From: Trichoplax sp. H2
Lineage: Eukaryota
DNA: 64,000 nucleotides
Assembly (NCBI GenBank): GCA_003344405.1
Contig: NOWV01000016.1
Coordinates: 806,001-870,000, forward strand
Reading direction: 5' to 3'
Every line of letters begins with the position of its first letter. The stretch's first letter is position 1. Below the pieces are notes generated by a model, which made no database searches, was not told the DNA's origin, and worked only from the letters and a program-made list of their open reading frames with translations. The position numbers were made by a program, and so were the translations under genes. Shown in pieces: positions 41,098 through 60,915 of the stretch.

Positions 41098-44000
41098 ATG
41101 GAGGACAGATCGTTTAAAAAAGAAGCTCAAGCTGATAAATCCAACGGTAATTGCCTGGTCTGCAATGATCGTGCTTCAGGTTAGATATGTCTACTATGAT
41201 AACACTGTCCACGTTACGAAATAACTTCACTACAATAATCGATAATTTACAACTTCAGAAAATGTATTTAATTCATTAAAAAATACAACATTGGGTACCG
41301 CTTTTAAATCCTACTTACTAATTTTTGATAGCTTATCAGCTGTATAATCGTTATCGAACAACTATAAACTAAACATATAACAATAAGAAACAATTCCATA
41401 AGCAATGACTATTCAATTGAATGATATGCTGAGGCAATAAGTTATCAGTACGGTATATTTCATATTGAATAGTATCATGTATCATGTACTATCTCAAATT
41501 GAAGGTATTGCTACACATTATGGTAATGGTTTTGTGTGATAAAATTACCCATAGATCATGAATTGCTACTAATGACTTTATTGTCGTATCACTATTGTAG
41601 TTTACTGATAAATTACTTCATGGTAATCTTGCTGATCATTCTTCACTCATTCATTTCCTAACCAATATCAGTAATGATTAAAGTCACGTTTTGATTAACG
41701 ATATAATATGTGAAGGATGAGTCATAGCAATTGAATTGATAACTATAGGATACTTGTTACTTTAAGATTGCACACTTTTGCTAGTATACCGATATATAAC
41801 TTGATAACGGTACTCTTGTTTCTGTAGCTTTGTAGTTGTATGCTATAATATATATTGAACTATTTCTTTCTAGGGAGGCATTATGGCGTTTACAGTTGTG
41901 AAGGTTGCAAGGGTTTCTTCAAGCGTACAGTGCGCAAAAATTTAACTTACACATGCCGTGATAATCGAAACTGTGATATTGATAAAAAGCAACGAAATCG
42001 ATGTCAGTATTGTCGATACCAGAAGTGTCTGCAAGTTGGTATGAAGCAAGAAGGTAAAAAAGAGTCTTTACAATATTGGTGATTGTAATAGCATAACTTT
42101 GATTATAGAATTTTAGTATTTAATTTTCTAGCTAGTAACAGCATTAATGGACAACTAAATTGTAGGAGTTTACTAACACTGCCAATCGTATTAATGAATG
42201 CTATAGCGTGTTTAATGAATTCCTATTAGATTTTAGTATTTTTGACTGCTATAAATTACTTTTATGAATCAATTCAAAAAGTTGTAAAGTTGTAGTATTG
42301 CAGTATAGCGTTAATATTGACGAGAGTACTTTGCGAGTCCATTACATTTCAGATGCATACTTCGGATTGTGTTAAAATTTTATAATAATGCATAAAATAT
42401 GCCTTTATTAGAATTTCGATAGTGGTCATTGATAATAATTGTTTATGGGAGACATTGCCGGCGACTAAAATCGCAAGGGTTATTGTCCGATAAATAATTG
42501 TCTCTTATACTATAGTACCTGTTCTAAGAATCATGGATAGCATTCAATAGTGTATAGCCCATTGATGTTTTTCAGCAAACGATATCTCAAGTATTAGTTT
42601 ACTGTACATACTACTGTTTTGAATATTTGAAATTTCGCTTCTTACTAAAATGTTATCATTCGTTATACGTATATGCAGTACATACACTAGATAAAGTAAT
42701 TGCTTATGAAGAAATATTTATTTTTAAGGCGCTTTTATATTATGAAGGCACTATTTCGGTCAAATTTTTTGACTTTTTAAAACTTAAATTATTTCTTTTT
42801 ATTATTGGTATTATCAATTTGCTGTTCATGGTGAAAACCATTACATTAATTGAGCTTACAGAGGAATGTTTTGCTCCTTGTAGTATTGTCATGTTTATAC
42901 TTTATTTCTAGCTGTCGACGTAGTAAAATAGGTAGTGAGATATTTGCTACATTTTTTTATCAGTAGTCAATTATCGATAAATTGGGCCTTGATAAAATAA
43001 CTATTTCAATAGAGTTAGGAAATTGGATAACCTTAAGAGCACTTATATTATTCACATATATAAATAGGAGTGTAAATGAAGCTATTATTGTTGATTTATT
43101 TTTTAAACTTTGATGTGATCTATATATAGCCGTGCAGGAAGAGCGCGTAAAGAATAGCACACCAACTAGTAAAACCACCTTACCGATAGCAATAGCGGAT
43201 GGCTTCCCATTACCGACATATGGGAACGATGAAATGCCAGTTGAAGCTATCCGAGATGCTGAATCTACGCTTAATATGAATAGTGTACCTTACGTCGAAA
43301 TGCAAAGTAACCCTGTCTTAAATATTTGTCAAGCTGCAGATAAACAACTATTTAATTTGGTTGAATGGGCCAAGAAAATACCCCATTTCTGTGATTTATG
43401 TGTCGATGACCAAGTAATACTTCTGAGATCTGGTTGGAATGAATTACTGATAGCTGCGTTTTCGTTTCGATCAATAGCTGTTGAAGATGGCTTGCTCTTA
43501 TCGACTGGGCATTATATTCATCGCACTAGCGCGCATAATGCTGGTATTGGGGCTATATTTGATAGGATTTTAACAGAGTTGGTTAATCAAATGAGATATT
43601 TAAAAATGGATAAAACTGAATTGGGCTGTTTGAGAGCTATTATATTGTTTAATCCAGGTAGAAGAGAGAATAGAATAATGAAGGAAAATTTCTTGTAATA
43701 TGTTTAACATTTATATTTGAAAGGACATACAGTAGATTGCATATTATATTTTGGTGATATAAATTGGAACCGGTATCGCAGATTGTCACTACTGTCAAAC
43801 AAATGAATATTGCGCTTTTGGCTAAAGTAACTTATAGTATCGTGATACAAATTCGAAAATCATACAGTAAATTGTCACCTTCAATAGCCGATATGTAACT
43901 AGCATAAAATGTTATACAATTTTCTCATCTATTTATTTGTTGGTAGTAACTAACGCTACGGTATTAGTATCGTCTAAGTGATTTTTATGACTAAAAGAGA

Positions 44001-44303
44001 AATTTTAAAAATTGTTTTATTCTACTGCTAACTTTTGATCTTTTGTATGTGCTAGATGTTCGCGGTTTGACATCAGCTGATAGGGTTGAAAAGTATCGAG
44101 AGCTGGTATATGGAGCTCTAGAGGCTTACGTCAAGAAAAGGTTTCCTGACCAGCTCTGTCGCTTTGCTAAACTACTGCTTCGATTGCCGGCCTTAAGAGC
44201 GATAAGTTTAAAGACCTTGGAGCATCTTTTCTTTTATAAATTAATTGGTGATCCACCAATTGACACATTCTTAATGGAAATGCTGGAAACAGGCAGTTCT
44301 TAA
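41098..44303 (+). CDS. RXR: Retinoid X receptor (NR2B), ~345 aa. Exons 41098-41179, 41874-42053, 43130-43657, 44056-44303
   Basis: C4 zinc fingers with P-box CEGCKG, T-box MKQEAVQEER, and LBD motifs [36 protein letters not shown] and AF-2 FLMEMLE. Exons are phase-consistent (1038 nt). Confidence 0.97.
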
Positions 44304-46321
44304 ATAGATCATTTCCTTTCTTTCAATCCTTTTGTGTTGAAAAGATGGTGAGATGGATTGTAAAATAGTAGCTGTCTTGTATTGTGGGTCAGTAAGTGTT
44401 GTTTTTGTTATGTTACCAAATTTTTCGTAATTAATAGAAAATGACCGAGAAATTGTACTGTAGTTTGTTTTAATATTACTGTAATATTTGATTTTTATCT
44501 TCATTTTATATAAAAATTTATCCACCGAATCACTCTTGTACATAAAACTATATGTTAAATCGCTGTTACGATATACCATAAGATAGCGCAAAGTTAAACA
44601 TAACCTGTTTTGGCAATATGCAGTTTTTAATCTTAATTTCGTTTTACTTTTATTGCAATACCTATCGATGTAGCGTAGTAGTATATGAGTTATTGTATGG
44701 CGTATAATAGACTTGTAATTTACTAGTGTAACTTACCGGTGTCGATACAATAACAACTACTATGAAGATCTTCAGGCAGCAACCTCTACTAAAATCTAAT
44801 TAATTAATTATGAGTGCAGATTGGTTTTTTTATTCCTATTGTTTAAGACGCCTATCTTCTATTTAGTCGTAATGGTGGTCTTCGATTAAAGCATGCCTAT
44901 ATTATATGCGCATTTAATGATAACTAAAACTTTTAGCTATTGAATGAGACAATTTATATATACGACGTATGTGACTCTTATTTTATTATACATCGTATAC
45001 TGCGATAAAGAGAGAGATCGCTAAGTGTATAGCTAGATTTCAGGTTTGCTATGCAGCCATTTTGTCGACTTTTCTTTATAATCTTGCTTGTTTTAATAAC
45101 AGCAATACGTCAAACCTATTAGGTCTATATAGGGTTGGAGATCGACCCAAAATCATGTTTCGATTAGCTTTAACTAGCATTGAATGTATATTATTATCTA
45201 TAGCCTAACAAGAACATTATTTTGGTTGTATCATTATTACAAGTAGCTTGACGTTTAATTTGCACAATTTGGTTACTAGCCTTCCTAGATAATCGTAGAA
45301 TAGTAATAATGAATAACTGTAATTGAAATAAAGAGTATCAGATAACTAAAATGATGTCAGAGTGACAGTTCCTACGGAATGAGCATTACGCGTAATTTAA
45401 ATTACCAGTGTTTATTGGAGATATCGTGAATGTTCTGTTTAACTTTAATTAGTATGAAAAGGCTATTTAATTATCAGGTACACGCTGGTAGTCTGTATAC
45501 TTTCCATGGGTGATTCCACAATAAAATGTCGTTACTTCTCAACAAAGATGATAGAAACAACATAAAGTAACGTAAAAGCCTATTGATTTGCAGCGATGAC
45601 ATTTCATGTAATACATTGAATTAGTAAACTGAACTCTACATTAAATATGTATTAATATTTAAATATTAATAACTATGATAGAAATATGGCAATGATATTG
45701 CTATGGCGTTTGCCAGTCCTTGTTATGTTTACTCATTGAGTATTATATATTTTATTAACGTTATTGTCAGTTATGTACAGTATAGTATACTGTATGCTGT
45801 CTTAAAGTCTATTATCTATCTAGCTTTTATCGATCAACTACATACGGATAAAAGAGCGTTGTAGGCATTTATTCGGAAATGTTAAATATTCGATTATGTT
45901 GGCTTTTATTAAATAATATATTTTTATAATATAATTAAAACGAGGAAGAACTCAGCCAGGTGGTGTAGCATTTTAAAATGATGTTAGGTAGTTATTAGAT
46001 ATCGATGGCGAAAGAATCTTAACTCTCCATATAGGATATTTACTAACTTATCTTAAAATATCTAAGATACATTTGTATTAATACAGTCGCTGTTCTCCGT
46101 AGATCAGTTTTATTTCAGAATCGATTCTGGAATGCGGTTGTGATAGGAAACCGCAAGCGTTTATTTTGCTATGCTGTTTTGACGTATATACAGTATATAT
46201 GTACATGTAATGTAAATGGTTCAACGCTGATGATTGCATGCCGGAAAATACCTCATCATGCTAATAAATTTTAAAAATTGATGGTGAAAGGAGTGCATTC
46301 ATACTTTACACTAGCTGATAA

Positions 46322-47434
46322 TTATGTACTTTTCTTACTGATATTGACGTAATTTATGCCTAAACAAGACAGTACTAGTGATTGCAAATCACTTTCTTCA
46401 TCAGTTAAAGCATCAATTTTAAACATAACCTGGAAAAAATCTTTTAAATGTCTTAAAAATGCTACAGTATAATCTGTTAAAGGTCCAGTTCTAATTTTGC
46501 CAACATCAGGAGGACCCAAAGCAATCATTAACAAGGCTAAGGTTTGATGTGTTGCATCGATACAACCACCTTGCTTGATTTCAGATAATAGCTTATATGC
46601 AGCATATTGACCAATATCTTCAGGCAATTTCTGATCGGATACATCAGCAGTCAGTTGTGACGAATACATGACACCGGAGGTTGTAGTAGCTGTTAAAGTA
46701 ACACCAAATCCAGGTGATAGACCACTTTGGTTACCTTTACAATGATCAACATAAATGTATAAATCGGAAATAAAGGGATTTAAGCTATTTCGACAGCTAT
46801 CAATAATACGATTAGCCATGGCGGGCGATACACGTGTTGTATAGCTCAGACCGCGTATTTTCTTGACTTTACCCGTTTCTAACATATTAACTGTGTTCAA
46901 CTGCCTAACAACTGGGCAACGAAGGAAGATTTCACCTCCACCTTTAGGCATGGATCCGCGCTTATTGATGGTTAATTCCAATCCTTCATCTAAACCGAAT
47001 TTTTCCATTAATTTTAACGTTACCATTTTAATAGTATCAACGCTAGGATCATGACCACCATTGGTGATACCTTGTAAAGTTAATTGCAAGGCAGTCTTAC
47101 AAAAAGGTGCTAAGCAAAGTATAGGTTCCAGATAGTATCCAAGGCTACGACTTCCGCTACTGCAATCGTGACTCAGTATACCACCATTGATAGTACCTGG
47201 TTTATACATCAATTTTGTACCAGTGTGATTGATAATTATTTCGCTACCATTGCACATTTTTTCTAACAACTTGATGAAATTTGCTTCATGTTCTTGCAAG
47301 CCAGGCTCGTCATCTTTGCTACGTATATCAACAATTTTCACTGGTCTTCCACTCAATGTCGATAGTAATAATCTTTGCCTAAAGAAATTACTGCCATGAT
47401 AAGTTAACCATCGAGTTTGATAATCACTTGGCAT
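46322..47434 (-). CDS. RCL1: RNA 3'-terminal phosphate cyclase-like protein, single coding exon, 370 aa
   Basis: LTYHGSNFFRQRLLLSTLSGRPVKI, YYLEP, RGSMPKGGGE, KIRGLSYTTRVSP, SPGFG, LRHLKDFF. Confidence 0.96.
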   Translation of the reverse strand: MPSDYQTRWLTYHGSNFFRQRLLLSTLSGRPVKIVDIRSKDDEPGLQEHEANFIKLLEKMCNGSEIIINHTGTKLMYKPGTINGGILSHDCSSGSRSLGYYLEPILCLAPFCKTALQLTLQGITNGGHDPSVDTIKMVTLKLMEKFGLDEGLELTINKRGSMPKGGGEIFLRCPVVRQLNTVNMLETGKVKKIRGLSYTTRVSPAMANRIIDSCRNSLNPFISDLYIYVDHCKGNQSGLSPGFGVTLTATTTSGVMYSSQLTADVSDQKLPEDIGQYAAYKLLSEIKQGGCIDATHQTLALLMIALGPPDVGKIRTGPLTDYTVAFLRHLKDFFQVMFKIDALTDEESDLQSLVLSCLGINYVNISKKST

Positions 47435-47590
47435 GTTGATAGCTCTAGTTTTCTTGCCAACTTATCCTATCTGCAAGGTTGAAAACGACAGTATACTTGA
47501 TTTCTTTCTTCTTTTAAGATAGTTTTGCAGCAATTATAACTTTTAGCTCCCGTGAGCTCGTGACAGTGTTGGGACCTGGCCTGGCCCAAT

Positions 47591-47600
47591 ACGCATGCGT
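47591..47600. promoter_or_regulatory. Palindromic ACGCATGCGT (NRF1-like core) upstream of RCL1
   Basis: Perfect 10-bp palindrome containing CGCATGCG, in a locally GC-rich patch about 160 bp upstream of the RCL1 ATG. Function is inferred. Confidence 0.3.
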
Positions 47601-48395
47601 TAACCTGATACTGGCAATCATTCATCGACAAGGTGCTTGAACTAAGGTACTTTCTAGTATGCGAGTGAAAAACTACTATCCGAACGTAATGTTGTAAGCA
47701 GGATACTCATAAAGTTGTGTTATGTAGTGCTATAGAAGAAGAAATGGGGGAGTACTCAGTCATCGACGAGAAGTCCATGACTTAGTATACAGACAGTATG
47801 ATGATGATGATACAAATATCATACAATTCTGTTCAGTCCACTGAGAGACCACAGTACTAACTTTACAGTACTGTACTCAGTACAGTGTACTGTACATTGT
47901 AGAGGGTAATCAGATTAGCAGTAGAGAAATTATCTCTAAAATAGAGAACCGGCTTTCTGCTATTTTAAAGTTGTCCCTACAACAGTACATAACAAATTAA
48001 AACTCTTTATTTTGAATAAATACAGTCCGTGACACATCAATGTTTATAACCTGATACTTGAGATAGAGAAATATTAACACTTTCTGTTTTGATAATTACA
48101 TACAAAGTAAATCATAAACTAGGATATTAGACAGATTCCATAAATGCTCATTTCCAGCAAGTACGAAGTCCTCCTTCCATGAGTTATAAACATGCCCTAT
48201 GCATTAATTAACATTGCTTTTCAGATCTTACTGTTTACTCTGAGCAACGAGTTCTAGTTTAGATATTGCTATTAGATATGATTATTGTCCTATGCAAGTT
48301 AACAATGCAATCCATAAATAATTCAATAGTGTTTTCGGCAGTTATCACATATTTGAATATAAAAATATAAAAATTGGAACATTAAGATAATAATC

Positions 48396-55657
<7,262 letters not shown>

Positions 55658-56233
55658 CTTGATACAATAATATCCAATAGGTGAATTTGGTAATTATAAA
55701 TGTTTACAATCAAAGCAAGATCTACGCATATGAATTAGGAATAGATTAATCGTCAATCGGAGTGAAATAGTTCTATGCTAAAGTGACAAGAAGAGGAATA
55801 TACTTTATTGTAGTCCAGTTTTGGGGTTATAGCCTAAAACGTAAATCTTGACGTCATTGATAGACTAGGATAAGGAAGAATAGAATTAGCTTGGAAACTG
55901 GAATTCTACAGAGCTGTACAATGAAGGTGTTAATTAATAAGAGGTAATAATGATCTGTCAGAGCACAAGCAGTGCAGTAGTCTAAAGACCTTATGCATAA
56001 TATCATCATCGCACTTTCTTTAATGCTTACCGTATCATCGAGTCTGAATTCAACGTGGTCAATGTTGACAGGAGCAATTTTGACGTGTTATAATTATCAG
56101 GTAAAGATCACGCACGTAGTGAAAAACCAGACGGTGAAGACCAACAGGTAACATTCAACTCTTACCACAGAACATCGATCTAACATCTATGTCAATCTGA
56201 TATAATTTGTCATGGCTTTGGTCTACCTTACTA

Positions 56234-56735
56234 CTATCACTGTTGTTGCTTGCAGTGAGAATTGAAGATATTCAAGCTAGGCACGATTCCTTTTCGATTT
56301 GAACTCTCTGCCACTTCTTGTCTTGTCTAGTCTATGCAGCGAGCTCAATCTTCCTAGGGAAATGAATGATACCCTCAAGACAATAACAAGGGCTAGACAG
56401 GCGACAGTCGCTGTTGGGGTGACCTGTTTACACGCTACAACAGTACTGGACGGTAAGTTATCCTACAGTGTACAGTACTGTCTCTACAGTAGCAACACTT
56501 GGTACTGTGAAGAAGTACTGTAGTACCTGAACTTACAGTACTGTACAGTATCATCGTTGCTTGCAGTGAGAATTGAAGATATTCAAGCTAGGCACGATTT
56601 CTTTTTGATTTGAACTCTCTGTCACTTCTTGTCTTGTCTAGTCTACGCAGCGAGCTCAATCTTCCTATGGAAATGAATGATGCCGTCAAGACAATATCAC
56701 CGTTGTTGCTTGCAGTGAGAATAGAAGATATTAGA
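56234..56735. repeat. ~150-bp direct duplication (56234-56385 and 56548-56696) plus a third partial copy (56695-56735) in the ABCC10/MRPS16 divergent intergenic region
   Basis: TTGCTTGCAGTGAGAAT(T/A)GAAGATATT occurs three times; the downstream ~110 bp is shared by the first two copies. Confidence 0.85.
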
Positions 56736-57445
56736 ATACTGTACTATACTGTAGGAGTGTTCATTACTGTACAGTACTGTACTGTATACTAGGCATTTTC
56801 TGGTACTGTACACTGTAGCGTTAGCAGTGTGCTTCACTGTTGGTAGTTGAACTCTATAGTATTTCATAGTCATAGTAGAATACTATACAAGTAGGAGTGT
56901 TCATTTACAGTACAGTACAGTACAGTAGGAAGCTATCCTACAATGTACAGTACTTCTCTTACAGTAGCAACACTTCGTATTGTAGGAAAGTACTGTACTG
57001 GATCGTACTTGAAGTTGCCATATCATACTAGCATACTGTACAAGTTGATCGTGTTGATCTGCGACACGGTTTCAGGCGGTTTTCACCCTATTAAGCTGAA
57101 GTCAGTGGATGAGACGCCTTTTAAGAGTGAGCTACCTGCGGTATCATACTGTGTTGCAAACACGGTGTTGGCTCTTATACAAAGCCATATGGAGATACTG
57201 TGATTCAATACGCTGTATTGATTTGTAGCACGGTTTTACTCTATACCGTCGGTTTTAGGTGGTACAGTCCAGTCGTACAGTATCGCATGACAGTGAGACT
57301 TGCCTAACTACTGTACTAGAGTCAATAGTTCCGACGGCCTCCTTGTGCGCCCTTCAGCATCGGACTTGCACATTTTAGCCTTGTGCTTACTCTTCGTCAA
57401 AGCAACAGAAAGTGGCTATTAAAGATACCACTGGTAGTCGATATC

Positions 57446-58753
57446 ATGGTTGTGGCAATTCGTTTAGCACTGCATGGTTGTCGTCATCGACCTTTTTACC
57501 ATATAGTTGTTGCTAATAAAAGGAGTAAGAGGAATGGACTCCCACTTGAACAGGTAAAGCTCCAATGATGCCATATTGATAAGGGCTACATGAAGATAGA
57601 GCCAACTTGATGCAGTATTTCCTAGCTACTTTTGCAGTTGTTAACCTCATCAATTTCTCCTTTTAGGTTGGTTCATTCGATCCATTACCTAATAGAAGCA
57701 ATGAGAAATTGGTTGCTTTAAATATTGAGCGTATAAAGTAAGTTTTACGAATGTTACAACGTCAGTCGAGGAGCATCCTTTCGCTGCGTTGCAATACTGC
57801 CTGTTTTGATACCTGTTCAAGATCTAGTTTAGCTTTCAAACCTTTCTCTATTTCAATATCGAAACCAAACCAAGCCAAGTATCTACATAAAATTCAGTGA
57901 GCTGCTGCACGTATCTCACTGCCCAATAAACTGCTTCTAAAATTACAAAATCATGCAACACGCAAGTGAACTTTGTATTCTATATCCAATAAAGAGAGGC
58001 TTATATTGTACGCGTAATAATTTCTCTAGAATGATAATGGAAATGTAATAGATTATAAATATAGCGAAAAGTAGCGCCTAGTTAATAGTTATCACACTAG
58101 AATGGGGAATGGTGAACTGCTACGGTGCCATTCTATATTTCTTTCTAATGTCCCTTGTTGTCCACAATTTCGATACATTAAAAGTTAAGGCGGTACTTCA
58201 TCATAGACATATTGGAAAAATCGATTCGTATATGAAAGATAAGCAGACTTGACATTTGCACTTTGGCAGTGTTTCAGATTTGGATGATAACACATTTTAT
58301 AAATGCTATGCATATTGATACACTACAGTCCTAGAAATAAATAACTTAGTGGCCCATTAACGATTTATTTCTACGTTTCAGGTATTGGCTAGGTGTCGGA
58401 GCTCAACCTACTAAACCAGTTACAGCTCTTCTCGCCATGGTAACGATAGCATTGTAGCATATCGACTTCTTTATATTATCAATACATATGCTCCCTGTAT
58501 ACTATAGCATGTGTAACTTGGCTATTCTTAATTGAAACATAGTGGATCAGTCATAACGACATCAATATCCCCTTAGTACGGAGCGTACTTATCACACTAG
58601 AATATATCTTATATGAGATAAGTGAAATAATTCTTTGTATTGTAGGCTGGAATATTACCGATACATCCTAGAATAGAATACGAAGCCACTAGAAGGTTAA
58701 AGATGAAAGAAAGTAATAAAAATACTGAAGCATCGGAAGACACTACTGCTTAA
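57446..58753 (+). CDS. MRPS16: Mitochondrial ribosomal protein S16, 114 aa. Exons 57446-57553, 57667-57737, 58382-58439, 58646-58753
   Basis: MVVAIRLALHGCRHRPFYHIVVA...[51 protein letters not shown]; 345 nt in frame. Confidence 0.95.
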
Positions 58754-59344
58754 AAGGCTTTTATAGTACGCTAGTAACCATATAGGCGTACTTGTATCTG
58801 CTGCGTTAACGTTTGCATTTAGGTATAGCCTCTCGAAGAAATAATCACAGCTGTTGCATACCGTGCTTCGAAAACTTCAATTTAATAGCGAAAGGCATTG
58901 TACTATACACTGTATGACCTGTTATGATATATTTAAAGACAAATCAAATATTGTTTATTTAAGTATACTTATAATTAAGATATATATATATATATGTGCT
59001 CGTATATATTTTATATTATGTGATCAATTTGATGTAAGTGCACATGTAGACCTAAGAATTTTGCCATCATACAAAAATGTAAAAATGTAAGAGTATACCT
59101 AGTTTTTGTTATTATGAATGTAATTGCCATTTAGACTGTTTTTTAAAACTCCTGCAAGGAGCCGTGATATTAAGCTGATATTCATAGCAAAAATAAATAA
59201 TGACACTCCAATAGCAGCATTTGAGCGTACTATCGTATGCATTGTACATCCTTATTACTTTCAAGCGTCAAATATTTATGAAGACCTTTATCTATTCAAT
59301 ACGATAGGTCGACAGCCTCTAATGTACAAATACGGATTTAAATT

Positions 59345-60915
59345 TTAATATTTCTTTTTCGTTTCCAACGATTCCATTAGAGCTGGAGCACCCCATACTG
59401 TCGTAAATACAGATCTGCATATGAAGGATTGATGTAGTTAATCCCAGTAGTAAAAGTAAATAATATAAATATGCCAGATAAAAATTAGTTATGATGCTTT
59501 ACCTTTCAAACTGCAATGCCTGATCAGTCCCTAAATCATCAGCATAAGTAACTATTTGTTTTATTCCTCTTATAGAATTTACAGGACCATCAATGATTTT
59601 CTTTAACCAATTCATACCTGCATGTAAGGTTACCTACAATTTGGCAATGGAAATAGGCAAATAATCTTATTTCTTTTACGAGTATGATTAATTAATTAGT
59701 TTGCATAATTCAGCTGACGCAAAGTCTTCATCATGGACTGGTATCTTAACAGTCATACAGTATACAATATCTAGATATATTAAGTCGCTACTAACTTGAT
59801 CACTGCTTATTATGTCATCGGCAAGACCGTACTGCAGAGCATCCTTTGCAGTTATTTTAATACTACCAGCAAGTAATCTCAAAGCCATACGCCTTCCAAC
59901 AATATTTACTAATCTTGAACCACCGCCCCAGCCAGGTGTCACTCCTCTTTTGACATGAACGAAACGTATCTCTAAAGTGAACAAGATCATAAGATATAAT
60001 TTACCAGTATTGGATATCGAATTGAGCTAATTTCGTAATGTCATAAAAAGTTGATCAATGTAAAACATCGTACCTGCATTTTTTGAGATCAATCGAAAAT
60101 CGCACGCTGTAGTTAGCTACATGTGTATGAATATATAGCACGATCAAAATAATGTTAATATCATCTTCATGACTTTAATTTAACATAAATTACATACGAA
60201 GAGTCAAACAAATTTCGCTACAGGATGGAAAGAGGTAGTTATCTAATAATTAAAAATCATATAACTTGTAGGGGATTTAAAACACTATCCCTACAATACC
60301 ATTTCATCTTGACAGAGGTATGTGTATGTTACGCTCAGTACGGAAGCAATAAAGCAGTGATCTTCCATAGTTGTTATAAAAAAGTCGTTGCAGGATTAAT
60401 CAATTTACCTCAGCACCTCCACCGAGAGCTTTGCCTTCAATAACTGCTAGGCTAATCATAGGTAAACGTTTAAGCCTGGTCAGTGTTGTTTGCATTAACT
60501 CACACATTGCTTCCCCATGTTCAGGTGAATTAAATTGTTTAGCGAGATTTAAATCTGCTCCACTGCAGAAAGTACTACTTGCACCAATCAAAATAACTCC
60601 TTTGCCTTCTTTCCACTCTTCCAGTTGGTTAATAGCATCTCTCAATTGTACCATCATGCTACCACTTAAAGCATTACGAATTCTTTCATTATCGATTGTT
60701 AATACAGCGATTTTGCTATCATCGAACTTTTCTAATTTAATTTTACCACCTTCAACTTTTTGTAGTTGTTGTATTATACTTGTATTATCAGTATCACTCA
60801 ATACAGATGTTCTACTTAGATGGCGATAGCAACCCTTTCGATTGATTACACAGCTTATGCGATTCACTGTACATAATAATTCATTTCTATTCTGAATGGA
60901 CATAAAACGCCACAT
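59345..60915 (-). CDS. ECHDC1: Ethylmalonyl-CoA decarboxylase (crotonase family). Exons 60409-60915, 60074-60116, 59796-59971, 59503-59633, 59345-59414
   Basis: RNALSGSMMVQL, WKEGKGVIL, FCSGADL, MQTTLTRLKRLPMISLA, ALGGGAELTTACDFR, GVTPGWGGGSRL, ERSVFTTVWG. Confidence 0.9.

Noticed and set aside
46322-47434. Intronless RCL1 as a retrocopy or horizontal transfer
   Set aside because: The ORF is intact and full length, has a promoter-like upstream patch, and shows no poly-A tail or target-site duplication. Simple intron loss is sufficient.
56299-57203. Similar ORFs MNSLPLLVLSSL.. / MNSLSLLVLSSL.. and ORF 56943-57203
   Set aside because: The paired ORFs start at TTG and come from the 150-bp intergenic duplication; all run into ACAGT tracts.
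60431-60829. 132-aa plus-strand ORF
   Set aside because: Antisense shadow of ECHDC1 exon 1.
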